Shown: positions 1 to 12,384 of the stretch, piece after piece
Position numbering within the stretch: position 1 is the first letter of the stretch
How the letters are laid out: every line of letters starts with the position of its first letter
DNA from: Pristiophorus japonicus
Lineage: Eukaryota
NCBI RefSeq assembly: GCF_044704955.1
Contig: NC_091990.1
Span: 70,370,001 to 70,434,000, forward strand
Length of the DNA: 64,000 nt
Direction of reading: 5' to 3'
Position numbers and translations under genes: made by a program
Notes under the pieces: model-generated
What the model saw: only the letters and a program-made list of their open reading frames with translations
Database searches by the model: none
Told to the model about the DNA's origin: nothing

Positions 1-604
1 ATGAATTTTATAAATTGGTTAATATCCAACACCAATAGTCATATAATCTTCCTGCCCAACAAATCATTGCCAGACATTGCAAAGAATGTGCATTGGTATT
101 CGGTGCCACTGCTATAGGGCTTGAGTTTTAACATCTACACCAACATGGCAGTAAGGTCCACAGCCAATCCCAAGGTCTACAATCAGCATAAAGGTTTCAT
201 TCAATCATCATGCCGATGGTCTGTGGTGCACAGTGACAGATCCTATATATCAAGCGGTCTACAGGATCAACAAAGGGACTGCCTCATTCTCAGCCCATTA
301 CATCAACACAATGTTCAACTGATTGATCGTTTGGGCAGATGCCTGAGACCACAGCTCATAATCTGAGTGTCAAGAGAGCTACAACTTGGCACATGAGATC
401 AGACGCTGCCTGACTGAGCAAACAGCACTGTGTCTCCTGGTCACTGGTGCGGAGGCTTCATAGTATGAAACAACTTGTACCCAATAATTGTGTCCTGAGA
501 TAGGGACACACGCTGAGCAGAGAGATGGATGCGTCCTTAGCATGGTCAAAGGATCCCACCACCACTCCCCCCAGTACAAGGAATCGATGGTTTCAGACAA
601 TCTG

Positions 605-850
605 ACTGTCTGACATCTCTGCGCTCCTCTAATTCTGGCCCCTTGTGTAGCCCCCATTGATGGCCATGCATTCGTCTGCCAATGCCCAAAGCTCTGGAAT
701 TCCCTCCCTAAACCTCTCTGTCTCTCTATCTCTCTATCTCTTTTTCCTCTTTTAAGATGCTCCTTAGAACCTACCTCTGACAAGCCTTTATGAGGCTTGG
801 TGTCAATAGTCTGATAACGTTCCTGTGAAGCTACATTAAAGGTAAGTTGT
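605..850 (+). mobile_element. L2-clade LINE 3' end fragment, degraded
   Basis: Motifs ctgcgctcctctaattctggcc...cccaaagctctggaattccctccctaaacctctc...ctccttagaacctacctc, homologous to the L2 fragment at 45900-46268. Confidence 0.6.
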
Positions 851-1837
851 TTCTCCCCATTGCCGGACATGTCAGTGGTGGATTGGTTCCGTTATTTTTT
901 ATTACAAAGCAAAGAGATTCATCATTTTCTTGTTTGAGAAAGTAATGAATAAAATAAACTTTGTTCAGAAGAGGGGAGCTCCCAGGAGAGAGCAGTTGAG
1001 AGCTGATTTTGTGCAGATGAAAACCATCCAGTAATGCCAGCATTACCTGAATACAAAGTTAACAAACATTTAATGGTCTGTTTATATTTTCCTCTGACTG
1101 CCACTCAACATAACCATCCTTTTTAATTCACCGTCCTGTGCTGAGGCTCCCTGCTAAACTTGGGAGGTGTACTCCCAGAGCTCTTTGAATGTGTCAAGAA
1201 TTTTAATAACAGCCTTCTCCAGAGCTGCTGGTTATTTTAAGCAGGTTTTAAAGTTATCTTGAGGCCTGTTTCTGTCTGACTGCGGTTGTTTTCTGAATTT
1301 ATATAACACTGCAGTGCTTGAACCAGCAGCTCTGTGCCAGACACTGAGCCACGAGCAGTGGAGCACTTCGCTTACAACAGTAGCTCCAGCTTTCAAACAG
1401 TAGGTCAATGCCCCACTTAGTATTGATTCGTGAAGATTATAAGCTCTGATTCTGTGCCCCTGACATGTGCCTTTAATGGTGGGCTACAGCAGACTGGTGC
1501 TGTCCAATGTCACAGACTGGCGCTCCCAGCACATGCTGGCGACAAAGATCACAGGGTCAATTTCTCAATCCCGTTAGCCAATCTCAGCTGCAATTGATCT
1601 CGGTATCCCCACATGAGCAAAGGGAACTTTCTGCTCCTGATCGCCAACTAGTGTCCCACGTGTGTGCACGATGGGATCACCATCGACTCTCCTCCCCTCC
1701 ACATTTCAATATTCCACCGACTCATCCTCGAGGAACAAGGATGAAGGATAGCCACTTGTGGGAGGGGTCAGAGGGCAGCTGGTGCCAATTGAGGGAGGGA
1801 TCAGAGGGCAGCTGGTGCCACATGAAGAGGGATCAGA

Positions 1838-3497
1838 GAGCGAATACATGACCTCATTTTTCTTATCTGGAAGGAGGGGAGCATGCCAGGGGATTTCAGA
1901 GACGCGGTAATCATGACCATCTTCAGGAAAGGTGACAAGTCCGATTGAGGTAATTGCAGAGTTTGCCTGCTGTCTGCCACAAGGAAAGTCATCGCCTTCT
2001 CCCTGTGGCTGAAAAGCTCCTCCCAGAGCCGCAATGCGGATTCCGTCCACTAAGGGGCACAGTAGACATGATCTTCAGTACGTGTCAAATTCTAGATAAA
2101 TGCAGGAACAGCACCAACCCCTGTACATGGCCTTCTTTGACCTCACAAAGGCCTTCGACACTGTCAGCCATGAGGGATTATGGAGCATCTTCCTCAAATT
2201 TGGCTGCCCTCAAAAGTTTCTCACCATCCTCCTCCGCCTGCTCCATGACGACATGCAGGCCGTGATCCTGACCAATGGATCCACCACAGACCCAATCCAC
2301 GTTCAGACCAGAGTCAAGCAAGGCTGTGTCATTGCACCAACTCTCTTCTCGATCTTCCTTGCTGCAATGCTCCATCTCACCCTCGGCAAGCTCCCCGCTG
2401 GAGTGGTGCTAAATTACAGGACAAACTGGAATCTGTTCAACGTCCGCTGTCTCCAGGTCAGATCAAAGGTCGTCCCATCCTCCATCATCGAATTACAATA
2501 TGCAGATGACACCTGCGTCTGCGCACATTCAGAGGCTGAACTCCAAGCCATCGTAAACACCTTCACCGAGGCATACGAAAGCATGGGCCTTACACTAAAC
2601 ATCCGTAAGACACAGGTCCTCCACCAACCTGACCCCACCACACAGCACTGCCCCCCGGTTATCAAAATCCACGGCGTGGCCTTGGACAATGTGGACCACT
2701 TTCCATACCTTGGGAGCCTACTGTCAACAAGGGCAGATGTCGATGACGAGGTCCAACACCGCCTCCAGTGCACCAGTGCAGCCTTTGGTCGCCTGAGGAA
2801 GAGAATGTTTGAAGACCAGAACCTCAAACCCGGCACCAAGCTCATGGTCTACAGAGCAGTAATGATACCCGCCCTCCTATATCGCTCAGAGACATGGACT
2901 ATGTACAGCAGGCACCTCAAAGCACTGGAGAAGTACCACCAATGCTGCTTCCGCAAGATCCTGCAAATCCATTGGCAGGATAGACGCACCAACATCAGTG
3001 TTCTCGCTCAGGCCAACATCTCCAGCATCGAAGCACTGACCACACTCGACCAGCTCCGCTGTGTGGGCCACATTGTTCGCATGCCTGACACGAGACTCCC
3101 AAATCAAGTGCTCTACCTGGAGCTCCGACACGGCAAGCGAGCCCCAGGTGAGCAGAGGAAACGCTTCAAGGATACCCTCAAAGCCTCCTTGAAAAAATGC
3201 AACATCCCCACCGACACCTGGGAATCCCTGGCCCAAAATCGCTCAAAGTGAAGAAGCATCCAAGAAGGCGCTGAACACCTCGAGTCTCTTCACCGGGAGC
3301 AAGCGGAGGCCAAACGCAAACAGCGGAAGGAACGCGCGACAACCCAAGCATCCCACCCATCCCTCCAACCACCGTCTGCCCCGCCTGTGACAGAGACTGT
3401 AGATCTCGCATTGGAGTCATCAGTCACCCGAGAATTCATTTTTAGTGTGGAAGCAAGTCATCCTCGACTCCGAGGGACTGACTAAGAAGGAGAAGGT
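1838..3497 (+). mobile_element. RTE-clade LINE, 5'-truncated, RT remnant
   Basis: ORF 2100-3251 contains FFDLTKAFD, QGCVIAP, LQYADD, YLGS and the RTE-type C-terminus (RMPDTRLP, GEQRKRFKDTLK); downstream CPACDRDC zinc-finger-like motif; short (AAG)-like tail. Sits inside a ~33-bp degenerate tandem repeat. Confidence 0.9.
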
Positions 3498-3554
3498 GCC
3501 GATTGAGGGAGGAGTCAGAGGGCAGTGGTCTTAAAGGTCTGTTGGAGGAAAATG

Positions 3555-3715
3555 AGCTTGTATGTATGTAGGATTTTTCACATCCTCAGGATATCCCAAA
3601 GCGCTTTACAGTCAATGAAGTACTTTTGAAGGGTAGGCACTGTTGTAATGTAGGTAAACGCAGCAGCCAATTTGTGCACAGCAAGCTCCCACAAGCACCA
3701 ATGAGATAATGACCC
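3555..3715 (-). mobile_element. Deu-domain SINE 3' fragment
   Basis: Matches the tail part of the fuller copy at 59330-59785 (aaagcgctttacag...tgttgtaatgtagg...aatttgtgcacagcaagctcccaca). Confidence 0.65.
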
Positions 3716-5219
3716 TGTTTTGGAGGGGAAGGCAAACTGAGGGCATAGTTCCTTGGTTTCTAGGTCATGACAAACTCAAGCAGGGTCAGCACTGGAGGGC
3801 ACCTGCTGGTGTACAGTCCCAGTAGACCTGCTGGGATCGTGGCCCATGGAGGTTCTGTAATATTGGTGCACAATAAAAGCTCTTGGACATGGCACGATCA
3901 TTGTGGAATTGCCAGGAGTTGCATAAATGATTACAATTTATACAGTTGAAGTGCTTCTGTCTTCCTGTCTGCTACTTGTACAAACTTGTTCAGTGAACAT
4001 GAAGAGCTGCAGGTGGTGTTAATACTGGCACCACATGATGAGATTCACTACTCCACGTTACCCCACCTGGCTTTTCTGTAAATGCCACATTTGAGTTGTC
4101 CTTTTTTACTATCTCCTCTATTGAATGATAAAGTCTTGCTCATGCAGTTTGCCAATCGGTCAAATTAACTGCTGGGTAGTACAGCATCTGTCTGCAGAAA
4201 TGTCACTGATATCCTTAGGGCAGCCTTGTTTTATACATCGACAGAGGGTTCTCCTATGATGGTGCTCAGGATCAACCCGAGACATTTTGTGCCATGTAAT
4301 GCATAAGATATTCTGCTAAAGTGCATTGGTGTGAAACATTCCGAGTCTCTTTATATCCCTGTGGTCTAATTGCTAAGCCTGGGTCAATGAGAGGTTAATT
4401 GTTCTGAAGTAGATGGTCAGGTCAATCAGAGGCTAATTGTCCTTCGATGCATTCTACCCTTGGGATCGGTGATTTATTGCTGCTGCTGCAGGATTGATTT
4501 TCTTTCTTTCTTTTTGACTTTTTTTTAATACCTTTTTATGCAGAAATTTGCATGTGTGGCAAAGTATGACTGTTCAAGTGTGACACGCATGCCTAGATAC
4601 AATATATAGTAAAGAAACACACACTCGCTGATCTCTTGTGTAACCTATGGAAGAGATTCCCTGGGAAACCAGTGGAAGCAGATAATGTTGATTCATTCAA
4701 ATGCAAATTAGAGAGATTTCTTTCAAAAAAATTACATTTTGGTATCCAGCATATGAATAATTTGAGATGTGACGTGTGGGGAGTGGAGTGAGCTCGGGGG
4801 GAACAGGTTCCCAAGGCTCTCCCCCACTGGGGGTATTCCTCACCTCATGTCTGGCTCTGTTGTAGACTCATTGATCGAGATTGATCGCTGTGATTGGTCA
4901 ACAACCCCATTATCATTGGATCATGTGACTACCAGCAACAGAAGAAAGAGCAGGAATTCGATAGAGGAAAAAAGCAAAGCCGACGAGCTTGGTGAAGGAA
5001 TGCCTGTGTGTTAATGCACGAAGTGTTACAAATAAGATTAACGAGTTTCAGGCACAAGTTGCCACATGGGGTGATGATATAGTGGCTATAACGGAAAACT
5101 TGCTTTAATATGGGCAGGAGTAGGAACGAAACATTCCTGGCTACAGCGTAATCAGGAGGGGCAGGGGAGAATAAAAGGCAGGAGAGGTGGGGTGGGTGGC
5201 AGTATTGATCAAGGATATT

Positions 5220-5901
5220 GGGTCAATAATTGCAGTCAGAGGCTTCCTTCGGATGAACGCCCCCAACTCCGGTGGTCCCAGAGGAATGTAAGATTGCGGT
5301 CGGAGGCCTTTATTCGCAACGCAGCACACGGGATAAGTATGGTCACCGGAAGCTCGTGGGCCTGGGCCATCAATCACTATCTAGTATTCTCATTGATAAT
5401 AATGGGAACTCCATTTTTCAGGCTCCCATTACTATCGACAATATCCTCCAATAAATCAAACAAACACCTCACATATTTAAAATTAATTGAAATTCAATGA
5501 AATTAAATGTTTTAGAAAAATGTTTATTTTTTTGAAATTTTTTTTAATGTGTTTTAATCGGGTTAAAAATAAACTTACCTTAATGGAGAGGGTTTTTAAT
5601 ATGAAAATGAGTGATTAGGTTTAATTGTTCTATGTTTTAAAACTCTTACGCTGGTAAAAGTAGGCTATTTGCCTGCTTTTAACCAGCTTAAAGGTTTGAA
5701 GGACATTCGCGAGCAAGAGTTGGGCAAAGAGCGCAATCTCTCCCCAGCGGACACCCTTCCTGTAGGATGCATTGGATCTGTGTAAAGAAACTAGGACAGA
5801 TCGTAAAAGCGGGTTCTCGGCATATGTGCATTGCGCCCTGAGAATCGGCTTTTGCGAGGCCTTGCCGGGTGCGAGCATACTTTCTACGCAACATTCGGCC
5901 C
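5220..5901. mobile_element. Putative non-autonomous DNA element (MITE-like, degenerate GGG-initiated TIRs)
   Basis: Interrupts the host CR1 coding sequence. Ends GGGTCAATAATTGC and revcomp GGGCCGAATGTTGC (9/14 match); CpG-rich ends, AT-rich centre, no coding capacity. Confidence 0.45.
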
Positions 5902-5916
5902 TATACAGAGACAAAG

Positions 5917-7167
5917 GGCCCAAGTTTCCACAAGAAAAAAAACGGGCGCCCCTCCAAGCTGGGCGCCCGTTTTTCGCGCCTAAAACGGCGCCTAAAAAAA
6001 TCCTCGGTAGTCTGCACCTACTTACAGGCCCTCTGGCCCTTGGCGCAGTCAGCACGAGCTGTGGGGGGGCAGAGCCAGGTCCCTGCGCTGAAAACAGTGC
6101 CGGGACCTCTGCACATACGCGCTACAGTCAGCACGCAAGTGCAGTAGCTCCAGGCGCCGAACTGTGTGTGAGGGGCCCGAAGCACGCAGCCCCTAGCCCT
6201 GGCCCAATGGCCTCACTGGGGCTCCTCCCACGGCCAGCTCCTGCTCCCCGCCTGACCAGACCCGACACTCGCTCTCCCCCCCCCCCGATGACCCGAGACC
6301 CGCTCCCCCTCCCACCCCCTGCACCGACCCGAGACCCGACACCCGCTCCCCCCCCCCCCACTGACCCGACCCGCGCTCCTGTTCCCCGANNNNNNNNNNN
6401 NNNNNNNNNNNNNNNNNNNNNNNNNNNNNNNNNNNNNNNNNNNNNNNNNNNNNNNNNNNNNNNNNNNNNNNNNNNNNNNNNNNNNNNNNNNNNNNNNNNN
6501 NNNNNNNNNNNNNNNNNNNNNNNNNNNNNNNNNNNNNNNNNNNNNNNNNNNNNNNNNNNNNNNNNNNNNNNNNNNNNNNNNNNNNNNNNNNNNNNNNNNN
6601 NNNNNNNNNNNNNNNNNNNNNNNNNNNNNNNNNNNNNNNNNNNNNNNNNNNNNNNNNNNNNNNNNNNNNNNNNNNNNNATGGCTGCAGAATTCTCCCTGG
6701 CTGAAGCACTTTCACACAGGTAGGAAGATGGTTTATTTAATCTTTTTGTGGCTTATAAATGTTTATTCAGGTTGGATTTATTTGTATAATATTTGTAGAA
6801 GTATAAATAAGGATTTATTGTAGAATTTAATGAGTTCCCTTCCCCCCCCACCTCGTTCTGGACGCCTAATTTGTAACCTGCGCCTGATTTTTTAATGTGT
6901 AGAACAGGTTTTTTCAGTTCTACAAAAATCTTCACTGGCTCCATTCTACTTTAGTTTGGAGTACATTTTCACTGTGGAAACTTTCAAATCAGGCGTCAGT
7001 GGCCGGACACGCCCCCTTTTGAAGAACAAATTCTGTTCTAAACTAGAACTGTTCTACCTGACTAGAACTGCAGAAAAAAAAATGTGGAGAATTGCGATTT
7101 CTAAAATAGTCCGTTCTCCACCAGTTGCTCCTAAAAATCAGGCGCGAATCATGTGGAAACTTGGGCC
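5917..7167. mobile_element. Non-autonomous DNA transposon (MITE; PIF/Harbinger-like TIR)
   Basis: Perfect 16-bp terminal inverted repeats GGCCCAAGTTTCCACA (5917-5932) and TGTGGAAACTTGGGCC (7152-7167). GC-rich low-complexity interior containing the assembly gap. Superfamily is inferred from TIR style only. Confidence 0.7.
6390..6678. other. Assembly gap (run of N)
   Basis: 289 N bases next to a C-rich low-complexity tract. Confidence 0.99.
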
Positions 7168-7182
7168 AATATACTGGGGGTT

Positions 7183-8344
7183 TAGAAACATAGAAACATA
7201 GAAAATAGGTACAGGAGCAGGCCATTCAGCCCTTCTAGCCTGCACCGCCATTCAATGAGTTCATGGCTGAACATGAAACTTCAGTACCCCCTTCCTGCTT
7301 TCTCGCCATAACCCTTGATCCCCCGAGTAGTAAGGACTTCATCTAACTCCCTTTTGAATATATTTAGTGAATTGGCCTCAACTACTTTCTGTGGTAGAGA
7401 ATTCCACAGGTTCACCACTCTCTGGGTGAAGAAGTTTCTCCTCATCTCGGTCCTAAATGGCTTACCCCTTATCCTCAGACTGTGACCCCTGGTTCTGGAC
7501 TTCCCCAACATTGGGAACATTCTTCCTGCATCTAACCTGTCTAAACCCGTCAGAATTTTAAACGTTTCTATGAGGTCCCCTCTCATTCTTCTGAACTCCA
7601 GTGAATACAAGCCCAGTTGATCCAGTCTTTCTTGATAGGTCAGTCCCGCCATCCCGGGAATCAGTCTGGTGAATCTTCGCTGCACTCCCTCAATAGCAAG
7701 AATGTCCTTCCTCAAGTTAGGAGACCAAAACTGTACACAATACTCCAGGTGTGGCCTCACCAAGGCCCTGTACAACTGTAGCAACACCTCCCTGCCCCTG
7801 TATTCAAATCCCCTTGCTATGAAGGCCAACATGCCATTTGCTTTCTTAACCGCCTGCTGTACCTGCATGCTAACCTTCAATGACTGATGTACCGTGACAC
7901 CCAGGTCTCGTTGCACCTTCCCTTTTCCTAATCTGTCACCATTCAGATAATAGTCTGTCTCTTTGTTTTTACCACCAAAGTGGATAACCTCACATTTATC
8001 CACATTATACTTCATCTGCCATGCATTTGCCCACTCACCTAACCTATCCAAGTCACTCTGCAGCCTAATAGCATCCTCCTCGCAGTTCACACTGCCACCC
8101 AACTTAGTGTCATCCGCAAATTTGGAGATACTGCATTTAATCCCCTCGTCTAAATCATTAATGTACAATGTAAATAGCTGGGGCCCCAGCACAGAACCTT
8201 GCGGTACCCCACTAGTCACTGCCTGCCATTCTGAAAAGTACCCGTTTACTCCTACTCTTTGCTTCCTGTCTGACAACCAGTTCTCAATCCACGTCAGCAC
8301 ACTACCCCCAATCCCATGTGCTTTAACTTTGCACATTAATCTCT
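7183..8344 (-). mobile_element. Young CR1 LINE, 5'-truncated, (TTTCTATG)n tail
   Basis: Uninterrupted 351-aa ORF2 C-terminal part ([31 protein letters not shown]), 3' UTR and 8-bp tail repeat. Confidence 0.95.
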
Positions 8345-8590
8345 TAAAGGCTGAATCTATTGCGTTATAGTTAAGGAACAGAAAAGGAGCTATTGCTGGG
8401 TGTTTACTATCAACTCCAAAATAGTGAGACAGAGACAGAGGAGCAAAATTGCAGGCAAATTATAGAGAAATGTAAAACTAATAGAGCAGTAATAGTAGGG
8501 ATCTTCAATTACCCCAATAGAGACTGGGTAAAACAGAGTAAAGGCAATGAGGGGGAATCATTCCTAAAATCTATACAGGAGAACTTCCTT

Positions 8591-10921
8591 AAAGCTATCT
8601 TAGATCTGGTACTGTGTAATGAGACAGGGTTAATAAATAATCTCTTAGTAAAGGATCCTCTAGGAAAGAGTGATCATAGCATGGTTGAATTTCAAATTCA
8701 GTTGGAGGGTGAGAGAGTTCGATCTCAAACCAGTGTCCTAAGCTTAAATTAAGGAGACTACTTTGGCTGAAGTGGACTGGGAAAATAGATTAAAGTGTAA
8801 GACGGTTGATGAGCAGTGGTAGACATTTAAGGAGATATTTTATAACTCTCAACAATAATATATTCCAAAGAGAAGGAAAGACTGTAAGAGAAGGGATAAC
8901 CATCTGTGGCTAACGAAGGAAATAAGGGATGGTATCAAGTTGAAAACAAGGGCATACAATGTGGCCAAGGCTAGTGGGTGGCCAGAGGATTGGGAAACTT
9001 TTAAAAACCAGCAAAAAATGACTTTTTAAAAAAAAGAGAGGGAAGATAGATAATGAAATAAATTAGCCAGAAATATATTTAAAAAGTAAGAGTTTCCAAA
9101 GGTATATGAAAAGGAAGAAAGTGGCTAAAATAAACATTGGTCCCTTAGAGGGTGAGACTGGGGAATTAATAATGGGGAACAGGGAAATGGCAGAGACTTT
9201 GAACAAGTATTTTGTATCGGTCTTCACGGTAGAAAACAGTAAAAACATCCCAATAGTGGATAATCAAGGGGCTACAGGGAGGGAGGAACTTAATACATTC
9301 ACTATCACTAAAGAAGTAGTACGCAGTAAAATAACGGGAATAAAGGTGGACAAGTCCCCTGGACCTGATATTTTAAGACCCTAGGATGTAAGCTAAGTGG
9401 CTGCAGAGATAGTGGATGCATTGGTTGTAATCTATCAAAATTCCCTGGATTCTGGGGAGATCCCAGCGGATTGGAAAACCGCAATTGTAACGCCCCTATT
9501 TAAAAAAGGAGACAGACAGAAAGCAGGAAATTACAGACCAGTTAGCCTAACATCTGTTGTTGGGAAAATGCTAGAGTCCATTATTAAGGAAGCAGTAGTA
9601 GGACATTTGGAAAAGCATGATTCAATCAAGCAGAGTCAGCATGGTTTTATGAAAGGGAAATCACGTTTGACAAATTTGCTGGAGTTCTTTGAGGATATAA
9701 CGAGCAGGGTGGATAAGGGGGTATCAGTGGATGTGGTGTATTTGGATTTTCAGAAGACATTCGATAAGGTGCCACATAAAAGGTTACTGCACAAGATAAA
9801 AGTTCACGGTGTTGGGGGTAATATATTAGCATGGATAGAGGATAGGCTAACTGACAGAAACAGAGAGTCTGGATTAAATGGGTCATTTTCCTGTTGGCAA
9901 ACAGTAACTAGTGGGGTGCCGCAGGGGTCGGTGGTGGGGCCTCAACTATTTACAATCTATATTAATGACTTGGATGAAGGGACTGAGTGTAATGTAGCCA
10001 AGTTTGCTGATTATACAAAGATGGGTGGGAAAGCAAGTTGTGATAAAGACACAAAAAATCTGCAAAGGAATATAAACAGGCTAAGTGAGTGGGCAAAAAT
10101 TTGGTAGATAGAGCATAATGTGGGAAAATGTGAGGTTATCCACTTTGGCAGAAAAAATAGAAAAGCAAATTATAATTTAAATGGAGAAAAATTGCAAAGT
10201 GCTGCAGTATGGAGGGACCTAGGGGTCCTTGTGCATGAAACACAAAAAGTTAGTATGCAGGTACAGAAAGTGATCAGGAAGACAAATGGAATGTTGGCCT
10301 TTATTGCAAGGGGGATAGAGTATAAAAGCAGAGAACTGTACAGGATACTGGTGAGGCCACACCTCGAGTACTGTGTACAGTTTTGGTCTCCTTATTTAAG
10401 GAGGGATATACTTGCATTGGAGGATGTTCAGAGAAGGTTCACTCGGTTGATTCCGGAGATGAAGCTGTTGACTTATGGAGATAGGTTGAATAGGTTGGGC
10501 CTATACTCTTTGGGGTTCAGAAAAATAGGAGGTGATCTTATTAAGACATAAGATAATGTTGGGGCTCGACAAGGTAGATGCAGAGAGGATGATTCCACTC
10601 ATGGGGGAATCTAGAACTTGGGGGGTATAGTTTTAGAATAAGGGGCCGCCCATTTAAAACTGAGATGAGGAGGAATTTCTTCTCTCAGAGGGTTGTAAAT
10701 CTGTGGAATTCTCTGCCCCAGAGAGCTGTGGAGGCTGCGTCATTGAATATATTTAAGGCAGAGTTAGACATATTTTTGAGTGCTACGGGAGTAAAGGGTT
10801 ATGGGGAGCGGGTAGGGAAGTGGAGCTGAGTCCATGATCAAATCAGCCATGATTTTATTGAATGGCAGAGCGGGCTCGAGGGGCCAAATGACCGACTCCT
10901 GATCCTATTTCTTATGTTCTT
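8591..10921 (+). mobile_element. CR1 LINE, 5'-truncated, (TTCTTATG)n tail
   Basis: Frameshifted ORF2 pieces (ORFs 9106, 9397, 10120) with RT motifs; tail ttcttatgttctt; CTTAA at both boundaries. Confidence 0.92.
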
Positions 10922-11416
10922 AATCAACATGTTTCTTGTCCAACGAGGAAGGAAGCAGTGCTGGGTCTCGTTCTGGGGAGTGAAGTTGGGCAAGTGGAGC
11001 ATGTTTCAGTGGGACAACAACCGAGCATATTCCCATATGGAGGAAAGGTGGGGCTTTCAAAGCTCGAGCTCCCTGGATGGCAAAGGAAGTAGAGATTAAA
11101 ATAAAACAGGAAAAGGAGGTTGATGACAAATGTCAGGTACACAATACAATTAATAACCTGGCAGAATACAGAATGTGCAGGGGGAAATTGAAAAATGGAA
11201 ATAGGAAGGGCAAAGATAAAGTTTGAGAAAAGATTAGCGGGTAACATAAAAGGGAACCCAAAATCTTTTATAAACATATAAAAAGTAAAAGGATAGTTAA
11301 AGGAATGGTGGGGCCGATTAGGGACAAAGAAGGAATTCTTCTTGTGGAGGCAGAGGGCATGACTGAGGTACTGAATAAGGACTTTGCATCTGTCTTCACA
11401 AAGGTAGAGGACAAAT

Positions 11417-12384
11417 ATCATCATTGAGTACGTGCAGGATGTTGACAAACTTTTGGGGGCATCCGAAATGGAGGAGGGCGCTCCATAGATCCTCGTGGCT
11501 GACAGTGTCAAAGGCCTTTGTAAGGTCGAAAAAGGCCATGTAAAAGGGCTGGTGCTTCTCCCTGCATTTTTCCTGCAGCTGTCGTGCTGCAAAGATCATG
11601 TCCGTTGTGCCCCGAAGGGAACGAAATCCGCATTGTGATTCCGGGAGGAGCTCCTCGGCCATAGGGAGACGATGGTTGAGGAAAACTCTAACGACAACTT
11701 TCCCAGTGGCTGATAGCAGGGAGATTCCCCTGTAATTCCCGCAATCGGACTTGTCCCCTTTTTTTAAAGATGGTCACAATCACTGCATCTCTGAGATGTC
11801 CCGGCATGCTCTCCTCCCTCCAGATGAGAGAGATGTCTCCACAAGATCCTACAAATCCCCTGGGAGGACAGACACACCAACATCAGCGTCCTCGACCAGG
11901 CCAACATCCCCAGCATTGAAGCATGGACCACACTTGATCAACCCCGCTGGGTAGGCCACATAGTTCGCATGCCAGACACAAGACTCCCAAAGCAAGTCCT
12001 TTATGCGGAGCTCCTTCATGGCAAACGAGCCAAAGGTGGGCAGCGGAAACGTTACAAGGACACCCTCAAAGCCTCCCTGATAAATTGCGACATCCCCACT
12101 CACACCTGGGAGTCCCTGGCCAAAGACCGCCCTAAATGGAGGAAGTGCATCCGGGAGGGCGCTGCGCACCTCGAGTCTCATCGCCGAGAGCATGCAGAAA
12201 TCAAGTGCAGGCAGCAGAATGAGCATGCGTCAAACCAGTCCCACCCTCCCCTTCCCTCAACGACTATCTGTCCCACCTGTGACAGAGTCTGTGGCTCTCG
12301 TATTGGACTGTTCAGCCACCAAAGTACTCACTTCAGGAGTGGAAGCAAGTCTTCTTCGATTCCGAGGGACTGCCTATGATGATG
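11417..12384. mobile_element. RTE-clade LINE with 5' inversion (11417-~11835 minus, ~11832-12384 plus) and 11-bp TSD
   Basis: Minus part encodes ESQCGFRSLRGTTDMIF..FFDLTKAFD; plus part encodes RMPDTRLPKQ..CPTCDRVC and ends in a (TGA)n tail. AGAGGACAAAT is duplicated at 11406-11416 and 12385-12395. Confidence 0.88.

Noticed and set aside
5772-6715. Long ORFs spanning the gap
   Set aside because: Artefact of the N run and the GC-rich MITE interior.
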